From contig JAVBUL010000047.1 of assembly GCA_031555415.1 (NCBI GenBank), forward strand, positions 28,497-92,496: 64,000 nucleotides of DNA, written 5' to 3'. Positions 8,181 to 19,141 of this stretch are shown piece by piece (within the stretch, counting starts at the first letter, position 1; the number at the start of each line of letters is the position of its first letter). Made by a program: the position numbers and the translations under genes. The notes under the pieces were generated by a model. That model was given only the letters and a program-made list of their open reading frames with translations. It did not search any database and had not been told where the DNA came from. The stretch is from Lachnospiraceae bacterium (GTDB lineage Bacteria; Bacillota; Clostridia; Lachnospirales; Lachnospiraceae).

Positions 8181-9659
8181 TTAATCATATCCATATAGTA
8201 AAGTAGTATCAAATGAATATGGCAAAAGTCCAAAAATATTTGTAAATAATGGTGATGCACTAAAATCAAATTTCACATCAGCGGCAGTATAGCAGCTTAC
8301 CATAAGAAAATCAGGGTTAACATTATGACATAGATCGAGCTGTATTAAATCCATGGTTCGATAATACAAATGAAAATTACTGGTTGTAAGTAAATATATA
8401 TATAAGTATTCATCGTATGTAAATCCTGTATCCCCTGGATTACTGGAAGTCGTTGTTTTGTTTAAGTCAAGAACGCCTTGCAAACTTAGAGTCCAAGTGG
8501 AGTCATCCTTGAGCAGAGGAACCTTTTTTTCTTTAAATAAATCTCTCATATCTATTATTGCTTCTGCGTTTGCCCAAGAACTCATAATAAGTAATTGAGT
8601 GAGTTCCACAATAAAAGGTATTGGTAATGCACCTACAGCAGCATTAGCTATATCGTAAGCCAGGGTACGTTTTGATGAATCAGATAAAATATGAGCAAGA
8701 TTCATAGATGTCCTTAAGGCAACAATATTAATAATCGAACTAGATAATATCTGTTCATCAGTTTCACCTCCAAATAAAATGTACTCGAGCTGATATTTTA
8801 TGGGAACGGAGTTATCTAAGTCTGTTGTAAAAGTAGAAAAATGTTCCTTTAAGTAGCTGGCATATAACGAAAAATCAATAAGGCTTGTTAAAATACTAGT
8901 ATCCTTGTTTTCAATAGCTTTTTTAGCTTCTTCAGATAAATTACAAAGAGTTGATGGAAACACATTTAGTGAATCTTGACTTATAGTAGCATTTGAGACC
9001 TTTTCAGGATCGTCAAGGCAAGTTTTAATAAGAGCTTCTCTCATGATAAATGAAATTTTATCAGATAAATTTTGCTTGATTTCTTCTGCTTCGTTGTTTG
9101 GTATATCGCTATGCTCCTGATTAGCATCAGATGAATTATTTATATCACTTATACTTGAAAGTTGGTCATTAGAAATACTGTTATTATCATCTAAAAAGTT
9201 GTACGAAGTAGTATTATTTGATTTGAAGATATCTAGTGTATCTGAGTCTATTAAATTTTCAATATATTCAAAGGACGCGTGATATTTTTGATAATGCACA
9301 ACTTGTGAAGCGAAAATTAAGCCATCATTATCAGTTAATTTGTAAAGGTTTTTAACAGTAGTATTATTTAAAGAGAAGTCGATGATATTTGATTTATTCG
9401 TTTTTCTAATATAACTATTAAGCAAAGCAGTAAAATCCTCTTCTGTTTTAAAAGTACCGAAAACTCCATAACTATCAAGTAGCTGAGTGGCAAAATGTCC
9501 AAAAGTAGAGTCGAGAGCCATATAAGAGGTGCCTACAGCTGTGGTTTTTATAATATTTAGTCTACAAGACTCAATTATTGTAAGCAAAAGCGATAAAACT
9601 AGTGTTAATGATAATGCAAGATATATAGAGATACTTCCGTTTGATTTATTTGTAGCCAT
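8181..9659 (-). CDS. DUF5702-like TadG-type pseudopilin
   Basis: G|SISIY prepilin motif plus TM; YQLEYILFG, DLFKEKKVPL and YDEYL motifs. Confidence 0.75.
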   Translation of the reverse strand: MATNKSNGSISIYLALSLTLVLSLLLTIIESCRLNIIKTTAVGTSYMALDSTFGHFATQLLDSYGVFGTFKTEEDFTALLNSYIRKTNKSNIIDFSLNNTTVKNLYKLTDNDGLIFASQVVHYQKYHASFEYIENLIDSDTLDIFKSNNTTSYNFLDDNNSISNDQLSSISDINNSSDANQEHSDIPNNEAEEIKQNLSDKISFIMREALIKTCLDDPEKVSNATISQDSLNVFPSTLCNLSEEAKKAIENKDTSILTSLIDFSLYASYLKEHFSTFTTDLDNSVPIKYQLEYILFGGETDEQILSSSIINIVALRTSMNLAHILSDSSKRTLAYDIANAAVGALPIPFIVELTQLLIMSSWANAEAIIDMRDLFKEKKVPLLKDDSTWTLSLQGVLDLNKTTTSSNPGDTGFTYDEYLYIYLLTTSNFHLYYRTMDLIQLDLCHNVNPDFLMVSCYTAADVKFDFSASPLFTNIFGLLPYSFDTTLLYGYD

Positions 9660-9661
9660 AT

Positions 9662-9874
9662 TTATAATGAGTTTACTTGAGATGTTATTTTAGAAAAAAC
9701 AGATGTAATAATGCTAATTATGTTAGTTCTAAAGATAACAATTAATCCAACGATCACTAAAATTATGAGAATCACCTCGACTACCCCCATACCTCTATTG
9801 TCATTTAGTTTATATAAATGTGTTAGAATAAAAAGTTTTGTAATATTTATTTTTTCTTGAATGTATTTTTTCAA
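9662..9874 (-). CDS. Flp1 family type IVb major pilin
   Basis: G|MGVVEVILI prepilin site with Glu+5; 70 aa; TTG start with GAGG SD. Confidence 0.88.
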   Translation of the reverse strand: MKKYIQEKINITKLFILTHLYKLNDNRGMGVVEVILIILVIVGLIVIFRTNIISIITSVFSKITSQVNSL

Positions 9875-9891
9875 TATTAAACCTCGCTTTC

Positions 9892-11358
9892 TTATAATGA
9901 TATTGAAATAAAAGATGGAACAATTATTATTATCATAACTACTATAAGCATTAGAATCATAGGCAGTAGTAGTTTGGTTCCAGCCTCTTCACCAAGTGTT
10001 AGTGCTCTAGCCTTTTTTGCTTCAAAAGCCGAATGCACTTCGTGGTTTAGAAGAAATCGTAAATCCTTAGACCCTTTATTCAAATTTTGCTCTAATAATG
10101 TTCCTAGCTTAAGATAAGGTCTAATACCGCAACGTTTACCAAACTCAGAGTAAGCTAAGGTTTCAGAAACCCCATTAGCCAGTGAGTTTAAAGTATATCT
10201 TAGTTCTTCATAGGCATATCGATTTTTATCCTGATTTCTCTTTGTATAGTCGTCAGTAATTTTTGTAAAAGCGGCACGTATAGTCATGCCAGCACTATGT
10301 AGTAGTAAAAGTTTAGAAACAATCTCTGGATAATCGTCAATCATCTGTAGCTCTCGTTTTTTTAACATAAGTCCTAACTCCTTTGATCTAGCAAAGTACA
10401 TAAACACAGATGAAATGACACCAAAGACTAAAAACAAAAATGGAGCTGACGAAGAGGGAAGTAGGTATGTAACTTCTCCTGATGAAGAAAGTGTATCAGG
10501 CAATTCCACTGTAGATGAGTAAGGATTTGAATGTTCATCAATGTACTTTTCTATTTCTATTTTGCTTGAGGATATGTTCTGCGAAGGAAAAAGCGTCAAG
10601 CCAACCATCATAGAGGCAGTGCATTCATCAAGCGATAAAGTGGCGTAAACACAAGTGCTAGTACCATCTCCGGATATATTGTCATAAATGAGGTTTCCGC
10701 TAAAATCTATTAGTGTGCTATCTTCAGGAGCCCATGATAACTGTATGTTTTCAGTGCCAATCGATGTATAAAAATTTAAAGAGCTAGAAACATTATCAGT
10801 TGATGGGTTTGAAGCTAAAAGCATTGTAACTATTTCTTCGCGATAGTTATCAAAAATAGACAGTGCTTCAGAATATTCATAAAGTTTCTTTGAAATACTA
10901 ATATCTATGTCTTCTTTGCTTTCTCCATTATCAATAATTAACTGATAATCTTTGCAGTTAAGGCCATCTGTAGGACGGTCTAAAGTGCTTATGATTTCAT
11001 TGGCACCAGTAGATGATATAGAATATACAAGTCCGAGGCAAACAAAACAAAATAATGTTAAAAAAGCAGTAGAAATATGTTTGCTAAGCACAAGGTATCT
11101 CATTAACTTAATATCTTTACCGGTATAAAGTTTTGAAAGCTTTATATTTAAAGAAGATTTAGAGTTTAAAGTATTTGCAGGTTTTATCTTACTTTTTATT
11201 TTTGTAAATAGGTCTATTAAAAAAAATCCACAACAATACATAAAAAGTAAGGAGTATTCCTTTTTGTTTACGTCTTTAAGTAGCTCTTTTTTATATTTTC
11301 TTGTAATCATAAAGAAAAATAAAAGAGTTATTAAAAGAAGAAAATATACTATGGTCAT
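9892..11358 (-). CDS. tadC: TadC-like (T2SSF) platform protein with a large extracellular insertion
   Basis: DYPEIVSKLLLLHSAGMT and GEEAGTKLLLPM T2SSF motifs; ~190-aa hydrophilic segment between TM helices. Confidence 0.8.
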   Translation of the reverse strand: MTIVYFLLLITLLFFFMITRKYKKELLKDVNKKEYSLLFMYCCGFFLIDLFTKIKSKIKPANTLNSKSSLNIKLSKLYTGKDIKLMRYLVLSKHISTAFLTLFCFVCLGLVYSISSTGANEIISTLDRPTDGLNCKDYQLIIDNGESKEDIDISISKKLYEYSEALSIFDNYREEIVTMLLASNPSTDNVSSSLNFYTSIGTENIQLSWAPEDSTLIDFSGNLIYDNISGDGTSTCVYATLSLDECTASMMVGLTLFPSQNISSSKIEIEKYIDEHSNPYSSTVELPDTLSSSGEVTYLLPSSSAPFLFLVFGVISSVFMYFARSKELGLMLKKRELQMIDDYPEIVSKLLLLHSAGMTIRAAFTKITDDYTKRNQDKNRYAYEELRYTLNSLANGVSETLAYSEFGKRCGIRPYLKLGTLLEQNLNKGSKDLRFLLNHEVHSAFEAKKARALTLGEEAGTKLLLPMILMLIVVMIIIIVPSFISISL

Positions 11359-11381
11359 TTAAAAAGACAATCCTTTCTTTG

Positions 11382-12128
11382 TCAGAATGTTATATGAATA
11401 ATTTTATGTGCAATAAAAATAGCGCTAACATATATGACTAAGCATATAGTCATAAATATAATACCAGGGATATTATGATATAGAGGAATAAAAAAACCAT
11501 CTGAGGTAGTATCTAGGTATAGCATAATCAGCATAGGCATAAAACACATTATGTTGTGTTCAAATTTTTTTGCAGCAATTTTTGTAGTAATATCTCTGTG
11601 AATATCTATCTTCTCACAAATGGTTACAATAGAAGTATTAATAATACTTATGATATTACCTCCGCCACGTTTTGCAAGAGATAGAATTTCGCAGAAAGTT
11701 GAAACATCATCTATATCCGCTCGGAGGGCAAAGTCATTAAAAGCCTCCTCAACGGGTATAGAAAGTCGGAGCTTTTTGCATATGGCATCTAATTCAATTG
11801 CCATATAGCAGTTTGCAGAGTATAGGCATCTAATCTCAAGGTATGCATCCCATACAGCATGCTCAAAGGAATTACCGGAATTTAAAGAAGAGGACATTGA
11901 GCTTATTGCATCCTTGAACTGTAGCAAAAGCTTATTTTTACGTTTTTTGAATAAATAACTTTGTACAAACTTAAAATAGAATTTAAGTGTTGGTAATAGT
12001 AATAAAGTGGGAATATATGAATTGTAGAAAAAGTATGAGAATACTCCTAATATAGATATTCCAAGCATGCCATAAGAAACATACTCTTTTTTAGATAAAA
12101 TGTATTTATTATAATTAGTCATTTTCAA
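11382..12128 (-). CDS. tadB: TadB-like (T2SSF) platform protein
   Basis: QFKDAISSMSSSLNSG and AKRGGGN motifs; position directly after the ATPase. Confidence 0.83.
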   Translation of the reverse strand: MKMTNYNKYILSKKEYVSYGMLGISILGVFSYFFYNSYIPTLLLLPTLKFYFKFVQSYLFKKRKNKLLLQFKDAISSMSSSLNSGNSFEHAVWDAYLEIRCLYSANCYMAIELDAICKKLRLSIPVEEAFNDFALRADIDDVSTFCEILSLAKRGGGNIISIINTSIVTICEKIDIHRDITTKIAAKKFEHNIMCFMPMLIMLYLDTTSDGFFIPLYHNIPGIIFMTICLVIYVSAIFIAHKIIHITF

Positions 12129-13332
12129 AAAGTCTCTCCTTTGTAATACCAGATAAATTAAGTTTAAACGTATTTTTTATGGGGTTGCGCAAATACTCAA
12201 GATTGCCTATGATTTTTCCATCTTTTGATTCACCCTTCTCTTTAAAAGCAAAGAGTGGATTTAGGTGGATTTCATTGTTATCAAAAGATGATATTTCAGA
12301 TATTTCTAGAACACGACGTGAACCATCTCTAAGTCTGCCAAGATGAATCATAATATCAATAGCAGAAGCAATCTGCTTACGAATGGCATAGATGGGCATA
12401 TCAATTCCCATAAGTACCATGGTTTCAAGTCTTCCAAGCATATCATAAGGACTATTTCCATGTCCTGTAGAAAGTGAGCCATCATGTCCGGTGGACATAG
12501 CCATAATCATATCAATAGCTTCAGCACCACGTACTTCACCAACTATAATTCGACTCGGCCTCATACGTAAAGCGGTTCGAATAAGCTCTCTGATAGGAAT
12601 GGCATTCGCTCCTTCGGTGTTTGCCTGACGCGCTTCAAGACGAACAATATTTTTAAGGTGCATTAACTTTAGCTCGGCAGAGTCTTCAATAGTAATGACA
12701 CGTTCTGAATGAGGAATATAGCCGGATAAAACATTAAGAAAAGTTGTTTTACCTGAACCTGTACCTCCACTAATAAAAATATTGTAACCAGCAACTACTA
12801 ATAGCCGAAGATAGTCAGCGGCTTGTCTTGTGATTGAATTTAACTCTATTAATCTATCCATAGTCAGCGGTGAGTCGGGAAAACGACGAATCGTTATTGC
12901 CGGGCCATCGATAGATATAGGAGAAAGAACAATATTTACGCGAGAACCATTTGGGAGTCTTGTATCAGCGATGGGTGATGCTTGATTAATTCGTCGATCA
13001 GAGCTAGCTACTATTTGCTGAATGACATCAAGAAGCTTTTCTGTACTTGAAAAACATTTATCTGTTTTTATTAGCTCACCATTTTTTTCAATAAAGATAT
13101 TTTGGTAGCCATTTACCATTATTTCACTAATGTCAGAATCGTACAAAAAGTCTTCAAGAACGTCAAGTCCACGTATAGAGTTAAACAGTTTTGTCCGCAA
13201 ATCAAGACGTTTGTTAAGTTCTATATATGATGTTCTAGATACTTCTATTATTTTACAATCGATTAGTTCAAGTAAATCTTCGTTACTTAATTCTTGTGTC
13301 ATATTTATATCATTTAAAACTAATTCACGCAA
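12115..13332 (-). CDS. cpaF: CpaF/TadA pilus assembly ATPase
   Basis: Walker A GGTGSGKTT, TIED, RMRPSRIIVGEVRG and STGH His-box. Confidence 0.93.
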   Translation of the reverse strand: MRELVLNDINMTQELSNEDLLELIDCKIIEVSRTSYIELNKRLDLRTKLFNSIRGLDVLEDFLYDSDISEIMVNGYQNIFIEKNGELIKTDKCFSSTEKLLDVIQQIVASSDRRINQASPIADTRLPNGSRVNIVLSPISIDGPAITIRRFPDSPLTMDRLIELNSITRQAADYLRLLVVAGYNIFISGGTGSGKTTFLNVLSGYIPHSERVITIEDSAELKLMHLKNIVRLEARQANTEGANAIPIRELIRTALRMRPSRIIVGEVRGAEAIDMIMAMSTGHDGSLSTGHGNSPYDMLGRLETMVLMGIDMPIYAIRKQIASAIDIMIHLGRLRDGSRRVLEISEISSFDNNEIHLNPLFAFKEKGESKDGKIIGNLEYLRNPIKNTFKLNLSGITKERLFEND

Positions 13333-13342
13333 CTCTTGTTCC

Positions 13343-14377
13343 TTAGATATTATTAGTACCTCCGGATATTAGAGTTTGTACATATCTTCCCATACTGCCA
13401 AAAAGAAGCTGCTCCATGTTGTTGACAACAGCAGGGTCATAAGATTGCTCCGGAAGTGTCAACTCTGTTATCTTTTCGATGGTATCGGATTGATTAAGTA
13501 TTTTCATTGCACCATAGAAATCAGCTACTTTTTTTACAGAAACACCATCATTAACTATAGGCATGTAGATAGTATCTGAAATATCTAAAAGCCCAGTCAC
13601 ATCCTTGATGCAGTCGGATAAATCAAGAATGATAGTGGAATACCTTCCAAGACTTACTATATCATTAATAAACAAGACCCATTCCTTTGAATCTATTTGT
13701 CTTAGGTCAAGGGAAAATCTCATAGGAGGAATATAGTTTAGCTGATGAAGTGTGTGAGAAAGAGAAAGTAACTTTTTGTCGAGATTATTTTTGTTTTGCT
13801 TATAGAAATATAATAAATCAGATAAGTCACCAAGATGCTCCCTAGAAGAAAAAAAGGAAAATCCGGAATACTCTTCAAAATTTATATATAAGGCAGATTC
13901 ATTTCTGGCAAGAAGGCAACCAAGCGTAAGTGAAAAAGATGTTTTTCCACATCGTTTTATAGGTGAATAAACAGATATAATTTTTGAGCTTTTGGGCAAA
14001 AAATTACTGAAGACATGTTTTTGTGGGATATTTGCATAGCCCGCCATAACGTCATGTATAATATTTTCGGAAGATTGGTATTTGTATAGAGATTCATATT
14101 CTTGTTGGCATTTATAATTTGTTTCTTCGTGAAGAATACTGTTTTCAAAAAGAATAAAAATGCTACCAATATTTTTAAGGGAATCTATACTTGAAATAAA
14201 TTCTTCAGAAATAATAAGAATGTCAGAAAAGTTTATCAAAGAAAACTCTATAAGCGCATCAAGCTCTGTAAACACTTTTATATCATAACCTAAGCCACTC
14301 TTTTTTCGAAAGTAATCTGCAAGTAAAACTGCATAGTTCTCGTCAAAATCCATGATAGATATTAATCCATTACTCAA
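13343..14377 (-). CDS. CpaE/TadZ-like localisation protein (degenerate receiver + ParA/MinD-like ATPase)
   Basis: Receiver-like N-terminus, deviant P-loop SPIKRCGKT, IILDL; first gene of the operon; TTG start with AGGAGG SD. Confidence 0.75.
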   Translation of the reverse strand: MSNGLISIMDFDENYAVLLADYFRKKSGLGYDIKVFTELDALIEFSLINFSDILIISEEFISSIDSLKNIGSIFILFENSILHEETNYKCQQEYESLYKYQSSENIIHDVMAGYANIPQKHVFSNFLPKSSKIISVYSPIKRCGKTSFSLTLGCLLARNESALYINFEEYSGFSFFSSREHLGDLSDLLYFYKQNKNNLDKKLLSLSHTLHQLNYIPPMRFSLDLRQIDSKEWVLFINDIVSLGRYSTIILDLSDCIKDVTGLLDISDTIYMPIVNDGVSVKKVADFYGAMKILNQSDTIEKITELTLPEQSYDPAVVNNMEQLLFGSMGRYVQTLISGGTNNI

Positions 14378-14438
14378 AGAACACCTCCTTATGAAGTATT
14401 TTTGTAACGGAACTAATCGTTGTTTAAGAAGTGATTTT

Positions 14439-14467
14439 AGTATATAACAAAAAAATAGATTTGTCCA
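14439..14467 (-). promoter_or_regulatory. Sigma-A type promoter of the Tad operon
   Basis: TGGACA-17 bp-TATACT on the minus strand. Confidence 0.55.
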
Positions 14468-14632
14468 GTACTTTTTAAAATAAATTTAAAATAAAGTACA
14501 CACAATCATCATACAATCGTAACTAAAAAGAAATACATGAAGAAAAAACACAGCTTTCGTATAAAAAATTTCAAAAAAAGGAATGAATAAAAATTAGATG
14601 AGTATACTTTATATATTAATATATAGAAAGGC

Positions 14633-14881
14633 ATGGCTATGAGATTAAAAATTAAAAAGAAAAAAGAATTACCAAATGGAAAGCAAATGCAGCTCATGGA
14701 AGAGTTAAAAGCAGCAAAAGATGCTATGGATACAGCTTACCAAAATCTAGCATACGTTATTGAACCTGACTTAATTGATTGTTGTATTTATGAACTTAAC
14801 GCATTACAGCTTAGATATAAGGTAATATTAAATCAAGTAAAAGAAGAAGAAGCAAAAGCTTGTATCGCAGTTAAGAAATAG
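14633..14881 (+). CDS. YaaL/DUF2508 family protein
   Basis: EPDLIDCCIYELNALQLRYK motif; 82 aa. Confidence 0.75.
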   Translation: MAMRLKIKKKKELPNGKQMQLMEELKAAKDAMDTAYQNLAYVIEPDLIDCCIYELNALQLRYKVILNQVKEEEAKACIAVKK

Positions 14882-14898
14882 ACATAAAGTGCCGAAAT
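14872..14898 (+). promoter_or_regulatory. Sigma-28 (SigD/FliA) promoter
   Basis: TAAG-N15-GCCGAAAT, 30 bp upstream of the DUF6240 start. Confidence 0.65.
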
Positions 14899-14928
14899 AA
14901 TTAGCAACACAAAGTATGGAGGCAACTT

Positions 14929-17703
14929 ATGCAGGTATCAACAATAAATAAATCAATTATGAATAGTGAAAATAAGCCAAATCTGACAAGAACGAAAGGT
15001 AACGTCGAAGTATCAGGTTATTTTGGCGTTGCATATAGTAAGTCGGATCAAACGAATGAAGACTTACAAATATATGATGGCAAAGAGATGTCAGAGAATA
15101 AGAAAAAAGAGGACAAGAATGGAGCAAGTAATCAAAAAGAGGATTTACTTAGCTTTATTAATGGCGCTATTGATACCTTAAAGAATTGTGTAACTGATGA
15201 AGATTATGACAAGATGGCAGAGCTTGGACTTGCGGCAGATAAAGATGATTTAGGTGTTATTGTAACAGTATATGAAAGAATTCAGATACAGTTAGCGGCT
15301 TATTCAGATAATTACGACACTGCAGGACTAAATATTAGTCCACAAAAACTAGAAAAAGTATTAGGTACAAAATCAATGTCAAATGCAGTTAGTATGGCAA
15401 GTGAAATAGAGAATATAAGTGATGAAGCAAAAGAGTACATTATAAAAAATGATTTAGAACCAACAATAGAAAATGTATATAAAGCAGTGCATACTAGTGA
15501 AGTGGGCTCAAAAGCGTTGTCTAGAAAGGCACCAATTGAAGACAGTCAGTGGAAGGAATTAAGAGGACAAGTAGATAAGTTTTTAAATGACAATGGATTA
15601 GATGTAAATGAAGAAAATATAGATAAATCAAAGTGGCTTTTAGATAAAAACATGCCACTAACAGTAGAAAATATTTTAAAGCTTAAGGCATTAGATGAAG
15701 TAGAGAATATTGATGAAAATACAATGGAGAGTATAAAAGCTAATATAGCATTTGCCATTGCTATAGGTGAAGATGGGAAAAGTGCATATATAACAGAAGG
15801 ATGGATTAACAAAGAAACTGCAAAAGAGGCAGTGGAAGCTGTACAAAATGTAAGTGAAAATGCAGTTTATTTTATTACTTCAAAAAACTTAACGCTAAAT
15901 ATTGCTAATCTTAAGAAGTATAAGAACATAGAAGAAGTAAGTATGGATGCCAGTGATAAAAGAGCACAAAAAAATATGAAGATAGTTGATGAAGCAAAAC
16001 AAATGCTAACAATGGCGGGAGCTATAAATATGCAAAAGTTGGGAATAGACGTTACATATTCGGATTTAACAATGATAGTAGAAGAAAGTAAAATACAAGA
16101 TGAAAGTTTTTATGGTTGCTTTGTAGAAGAAAAATCAAGTGAACATACATCTATGCTATCAAATGTAATGCAGATAATGGAACAGATGAAACAAATTCCG
16201 GCAGCAGTAATGGGAAAAGTTTATGAAAAGGAAGTATCTTTTACTGTTGAGAGCGTATACAAAGAAGGTATAAGATTAAGAGAAGAGTATCAAAAGGCTG
16301 AAATGACCTACGAAGCAGTGGGAACTCAGATAAGGCGTGATTTAGGTGATAGTATAAACAAAGCGTTTGCTAATATCGATGAGTTGATATTAGAGTGTGG
16401 AGCTACAGTAAATGAAGAAAATAGACGAGCAGTAAGGATATTGGGATATAATTCTTTAGAGATAACGAAGGATTCAATTAGTGACATTGTAGACATTGCA
16501 AATGAGCTTGATAATGTGAATAGAAATATGACACCAAAAACAGTAATGCATCTTATTAGAAATAATATAGACCCACTTAATACAGATATACGCGAGCTAA
16601 ATAAGGAGCTAAACATTATTAATGAGGATTTAGAAGTTAAAGAACAAAGTGAAGAATATGCTAAATTTCTTTGGAAGCTTGAAAAAAACAATGAGATTAC
16701 AAGCGAGGAAAGAAAAGAGTATATTGATATGTATAGGGCGATGCATATTGCAAGTAGCCAGTCAGCAAGGTCAATCGGTGCAGTGATGGCAACCGGTGTT
16801 GATATGACATTATCAAATATGTTAAAGATGGAAAAATCAAGAAGTAAGAGGGGATTAGACGTTGAAATAGATGAAAAGTTTGGACTTACAGCGGATGAAG
16901 AAGTTGAATATGAAGCCGAGATAAGCTCAAAGGTTATGGAAAATGCAAGGACTGCGTTGGCTAAAGAAGTATCGGAAAGTACGATATATATGCTATTAGA
17001 TAATGGTGCAAATACAAATATTCAAAATTTACTATCAGCATCAATATTGGAAAATGCAAATAGCGATATTGCAAAAAGGTTTAGGCAAATTCAAAAGAAG
17101 GTAAATGCAGAGGAAAGATTATTGGAAGGGTTTAACGATAGTGAAGATGCAGAAAACGCAGTAGATATGGTGTCAAAGGATATAACAAGAGAAATATTAG
17201 AGGGTATAGAGATTAATCAAGAGTCGATGGTAAATGATATTGCAAGAGCAAGAATAATGAGTAATTCTCTAAATCTTATGTATAGTGGAGTAAGTAGAAA
17301 GTGCTACAGTATTCCAGTTGAGTTAGATGATGAAGAAGTTATGATAAAAGTAAGGTTTGAAGATAAGGGAGAAGATGAAAAATCAAATGTTGTTATTAGT
17401 ACAGAAAGTGATATTTTTGGAAAAATAAGTACAAAAATTACATATTCAGAAGATAAACTTAAAGGTATTGTTCTTTGCCAAAGTAAAGAACTGGCAGCAG
17501 TTATCAAAGAAAACAAAGAGATTTTGCAAGGAGTGGAGATTGAGGTAACGACAAGACTTGATATAAACGAAGAAGTTTTTAGAGAAGAAGAAGGGAAAGA
17601 AACACAGGAAAATACAGCAAAAGAACTTTATGGAGCTGCAAAATCGTTTATAAAAGCACTTAAGGAATGGATAAAAATGCCGATAGATACAGTAGTAGAT
17701 TAG
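14929..17703 (+). CDS. DUF6240-like large flagellar-associated protein with possible FliK-like C-terminus
   Basis: YEAVGTQIRRDLGDSINKAF and NRRAVRILGYN motifs; directly upstream of flagellin; sigma28 promoter. Confidence 0.6.
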   Translation: MQVSTINKSIMNSENKPNLTRTKGNVEVSGYFGVAYSKSDQTNEDLQIYDGKEMSENKKKEDKNGASNQKEDLLSFINGAIDTLKNCVTDEDYDKMAELGLAADKDDLGVIVTVYERIQIQLAAYSDNYDTAGLNISPQKLEKVLGTKSMSNAVSMASEIENISDEAKEYIIKNDLEPTIENVYKAVHTSEVGSKALSRKAPIEDSQWKELRGQVDKFLNDNGLDVNEENIDKSKWLLDKNMPLTVENILKLKALDEVENIDENTMESIKANIAFAIAIGEDGKSAYITEGWINKETAKEAVEAVQNVSENAVYFITSKNLTLNIANLKKYKNIEEVSMDASDKRAQKNMKIVDEAKQMLTMAGAINMQKLGIDVTYSDLTMIVEESKIQDESFYGCFVEEKSSEHTSMLSNVMQIMEQMKQIPAAVMGKVYEKEVSFTVESVYKEGIRLREEYQKAEMTYEAVGTQIRRDLGDSINKAFANIDELILECGATVNEENRRAVRILGYNSLEITKDSISDIVDIANELDNVNRNMTPKTVMHLIRNNIDPLNTDIRELNKELNIINEDLEVKEQSEEYAKFLWKLEKNNEITSEERKEYIDMYRAMHIASSQSARSIGAVMATGVDMTLSNMLKMEKSRSKRGLDVEIDEKFGLTADEEVEYEAEISSKVMENARTALAKEVSESTIYMLLDNGANTNIQNLLSASILENANSDIAKRFRQIQKKVNAEERLLEGFNDSEDAENAVDMVSKDITREILEGIEINQESMVNDIARARIMSNSLNLMYSGVSRKCYSIPVELDDEEVMIKVRFEDKGEDEKSNVVISTESDIFGKISTKITYSEDKLKGIVLCQSKELAAVIKENKEILQGVEIEVTTRLDINEEVFREEEGKETQENTAKELYGAAKSFIKALKEWIKMPIDTVVD
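17660..17686 (+). promoter_or_regulatory. Sigma-28 promoter of flagellin (inside the 3' end of the upstream gene)
   Basis: TTAA-N15-GCCGATAG. Confidence 0.6.
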
Positions 17704-17731
17704 TTAACTAGATTAGAATGGAGGAAATACG

Positions 17732-19123
17732 ATGAGAATAAATACAAACATAACCGCTTTAGCTGCATGCTACCAGTTGAATACATCTGATAAAAAGCAA
17801 GCTTCTTCAATAGAAAGATTATCATCAGGATATAAACTTAATAGCCCAAAGGATAACCCAGTAGGTTCCGCGCTTTCAATAAAGATGAAGACACAGATTA
17901 AGGGACTTGATAGGGCAACCCAAAATACTTCTGATGGAATTTCGGTTATTCAAACAGCAGAAGGTGTACTAAGTGAAATTCAGTCTATGGTTCAGAGAAT
18001 GAGTGAACTTAGTGTTCAGGCAGCATCAGATACAAATACTCCATCAGATAGAGAAAGTATTATGAAGGAGATAGATGAAATTAGGGATGAAATCGACAGA
18101 GTATCAAAAGATACTGATTTTAATACAAGAACATTATTAGATGGCTCACTTGACAGGAGAACATATACGAATACATCATATGCAAAGGTATCATATGCTT
18201 CAGGAGCTGTTGCGTCAGGTAGATATTCATTATTATATAATAATACATCTTCAAAGGCTCAGCTTTCTACAGGTGCAGTAAATTCAGCCACATTGCCTTC
18301 GGGAACAATTAAGTTAAACGATCTTGATGTTACTATAAATGAGGGAGAAGACCTTGCAAGTGTTTATGATAAGCTAAGAGATGCAGGAGAAAAGGTTGGA
18401 GTAGATGTATCCTATACAGGAAGTCTTGCAGGTTCAGCGGCATTTACATTTACATCTAAAGAGTATGGAAGTAATGTATTAGTGGATATTAATACAAACA
18501 GTAAAATGGCAACAGCACTAGGTATATCGGGTACTACAGTAAGTGCAAGAGGCACGGATGCAACATTTACAGCAGAGTCAGGTGGCGGATTAGATACAGG
18601 TATGACAATTGTATCAGAAGGAAATACAGCTATAATAAAGGGTGTGGGCGGATTTGAAATGAAAGTAGACATTACAAATCAAATGGCTGCAAATGCAAGT
18701 CTTAGAGTTGTATGTGGAGTAACAGAGGAAGGCCCAATGATAATTCAGGCAGGAGCAAATGAGGGTCAGGAAATTAAGGTTGAAATACCAGAAGTATCAA
18801 GTAGAACATTAGGTATAGATAAATTACAAGTATATACAGCAAGAGGAGCTACAGACGCGATAGGTCTTTGTGCAAATGCGCTTTCATACATTTCAGATGT
18901 TCGTTCAAAATTAGGTGCATATCAAAATCGTATGGATCATACAGTTTCTGGCTTAGAGGTAACAGCAGAAAACATGACAGCGGCATTGTCCAGAATAGTA
19001 GATGTCGACATGGCAAAGGAAATGACAAACTATACGACACTTAATGTAATAACACAAGCAGCAACATCTATGCTGGCACAAGCAAATCAAGCACCAGAAA
19101 AGATACTTCAACTACTTCAGTAG
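17732..19123 (+). CDS. fliC: Flagellin
   Basis: MRINTN, ERLSSGYK, IQTAEG N-terminal domain; RSKLGAYQNR, SRIVDVDMAKEM, LAQANQ C-terminal domain. Confidence 0.93.
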   Translation: MRINTNITALAACYQLNTSDKKQASSIERLSSGYKLNSPKDNPVGSALSIKMKTQIKGLDRATQNTSDGISVIQTAEGVLSEIQSMVQRMSELSVQAASDTNTPSDRESIMKEIDEIRDEIDRVSKDTDFNTRTLLDGSLDRRTYTNTSYAKVSYASGAVASGRYSLLYNNTSSKAQLSTGAVNSATLPSGTIKLNDLDVTINEGEDLASVYDKLRDAGEKVGVDVSYTGSLAGSAAFTFTSKEYGSNVLVDINTNSKMATALGISGTTVSARGTDATFTAESGGGLDTGMTIVSEGNTAIIKGVGGFEMKVDITNQMAANASLRVVCGVTEEGPMIIQAGANEGQEIKVEIPEVSSRTLGIDKLQVYTARGATDAIGLCANALSYISDVRSKLGAYQNRMDHTVSGLEVTAENMTAALSRIVDVDMAKEMTNYTTLNVITQAATSMLAQANQAPEKILQLLQ

Positions 19124-19141
19124 AAAGGGGAAAATTAAATT

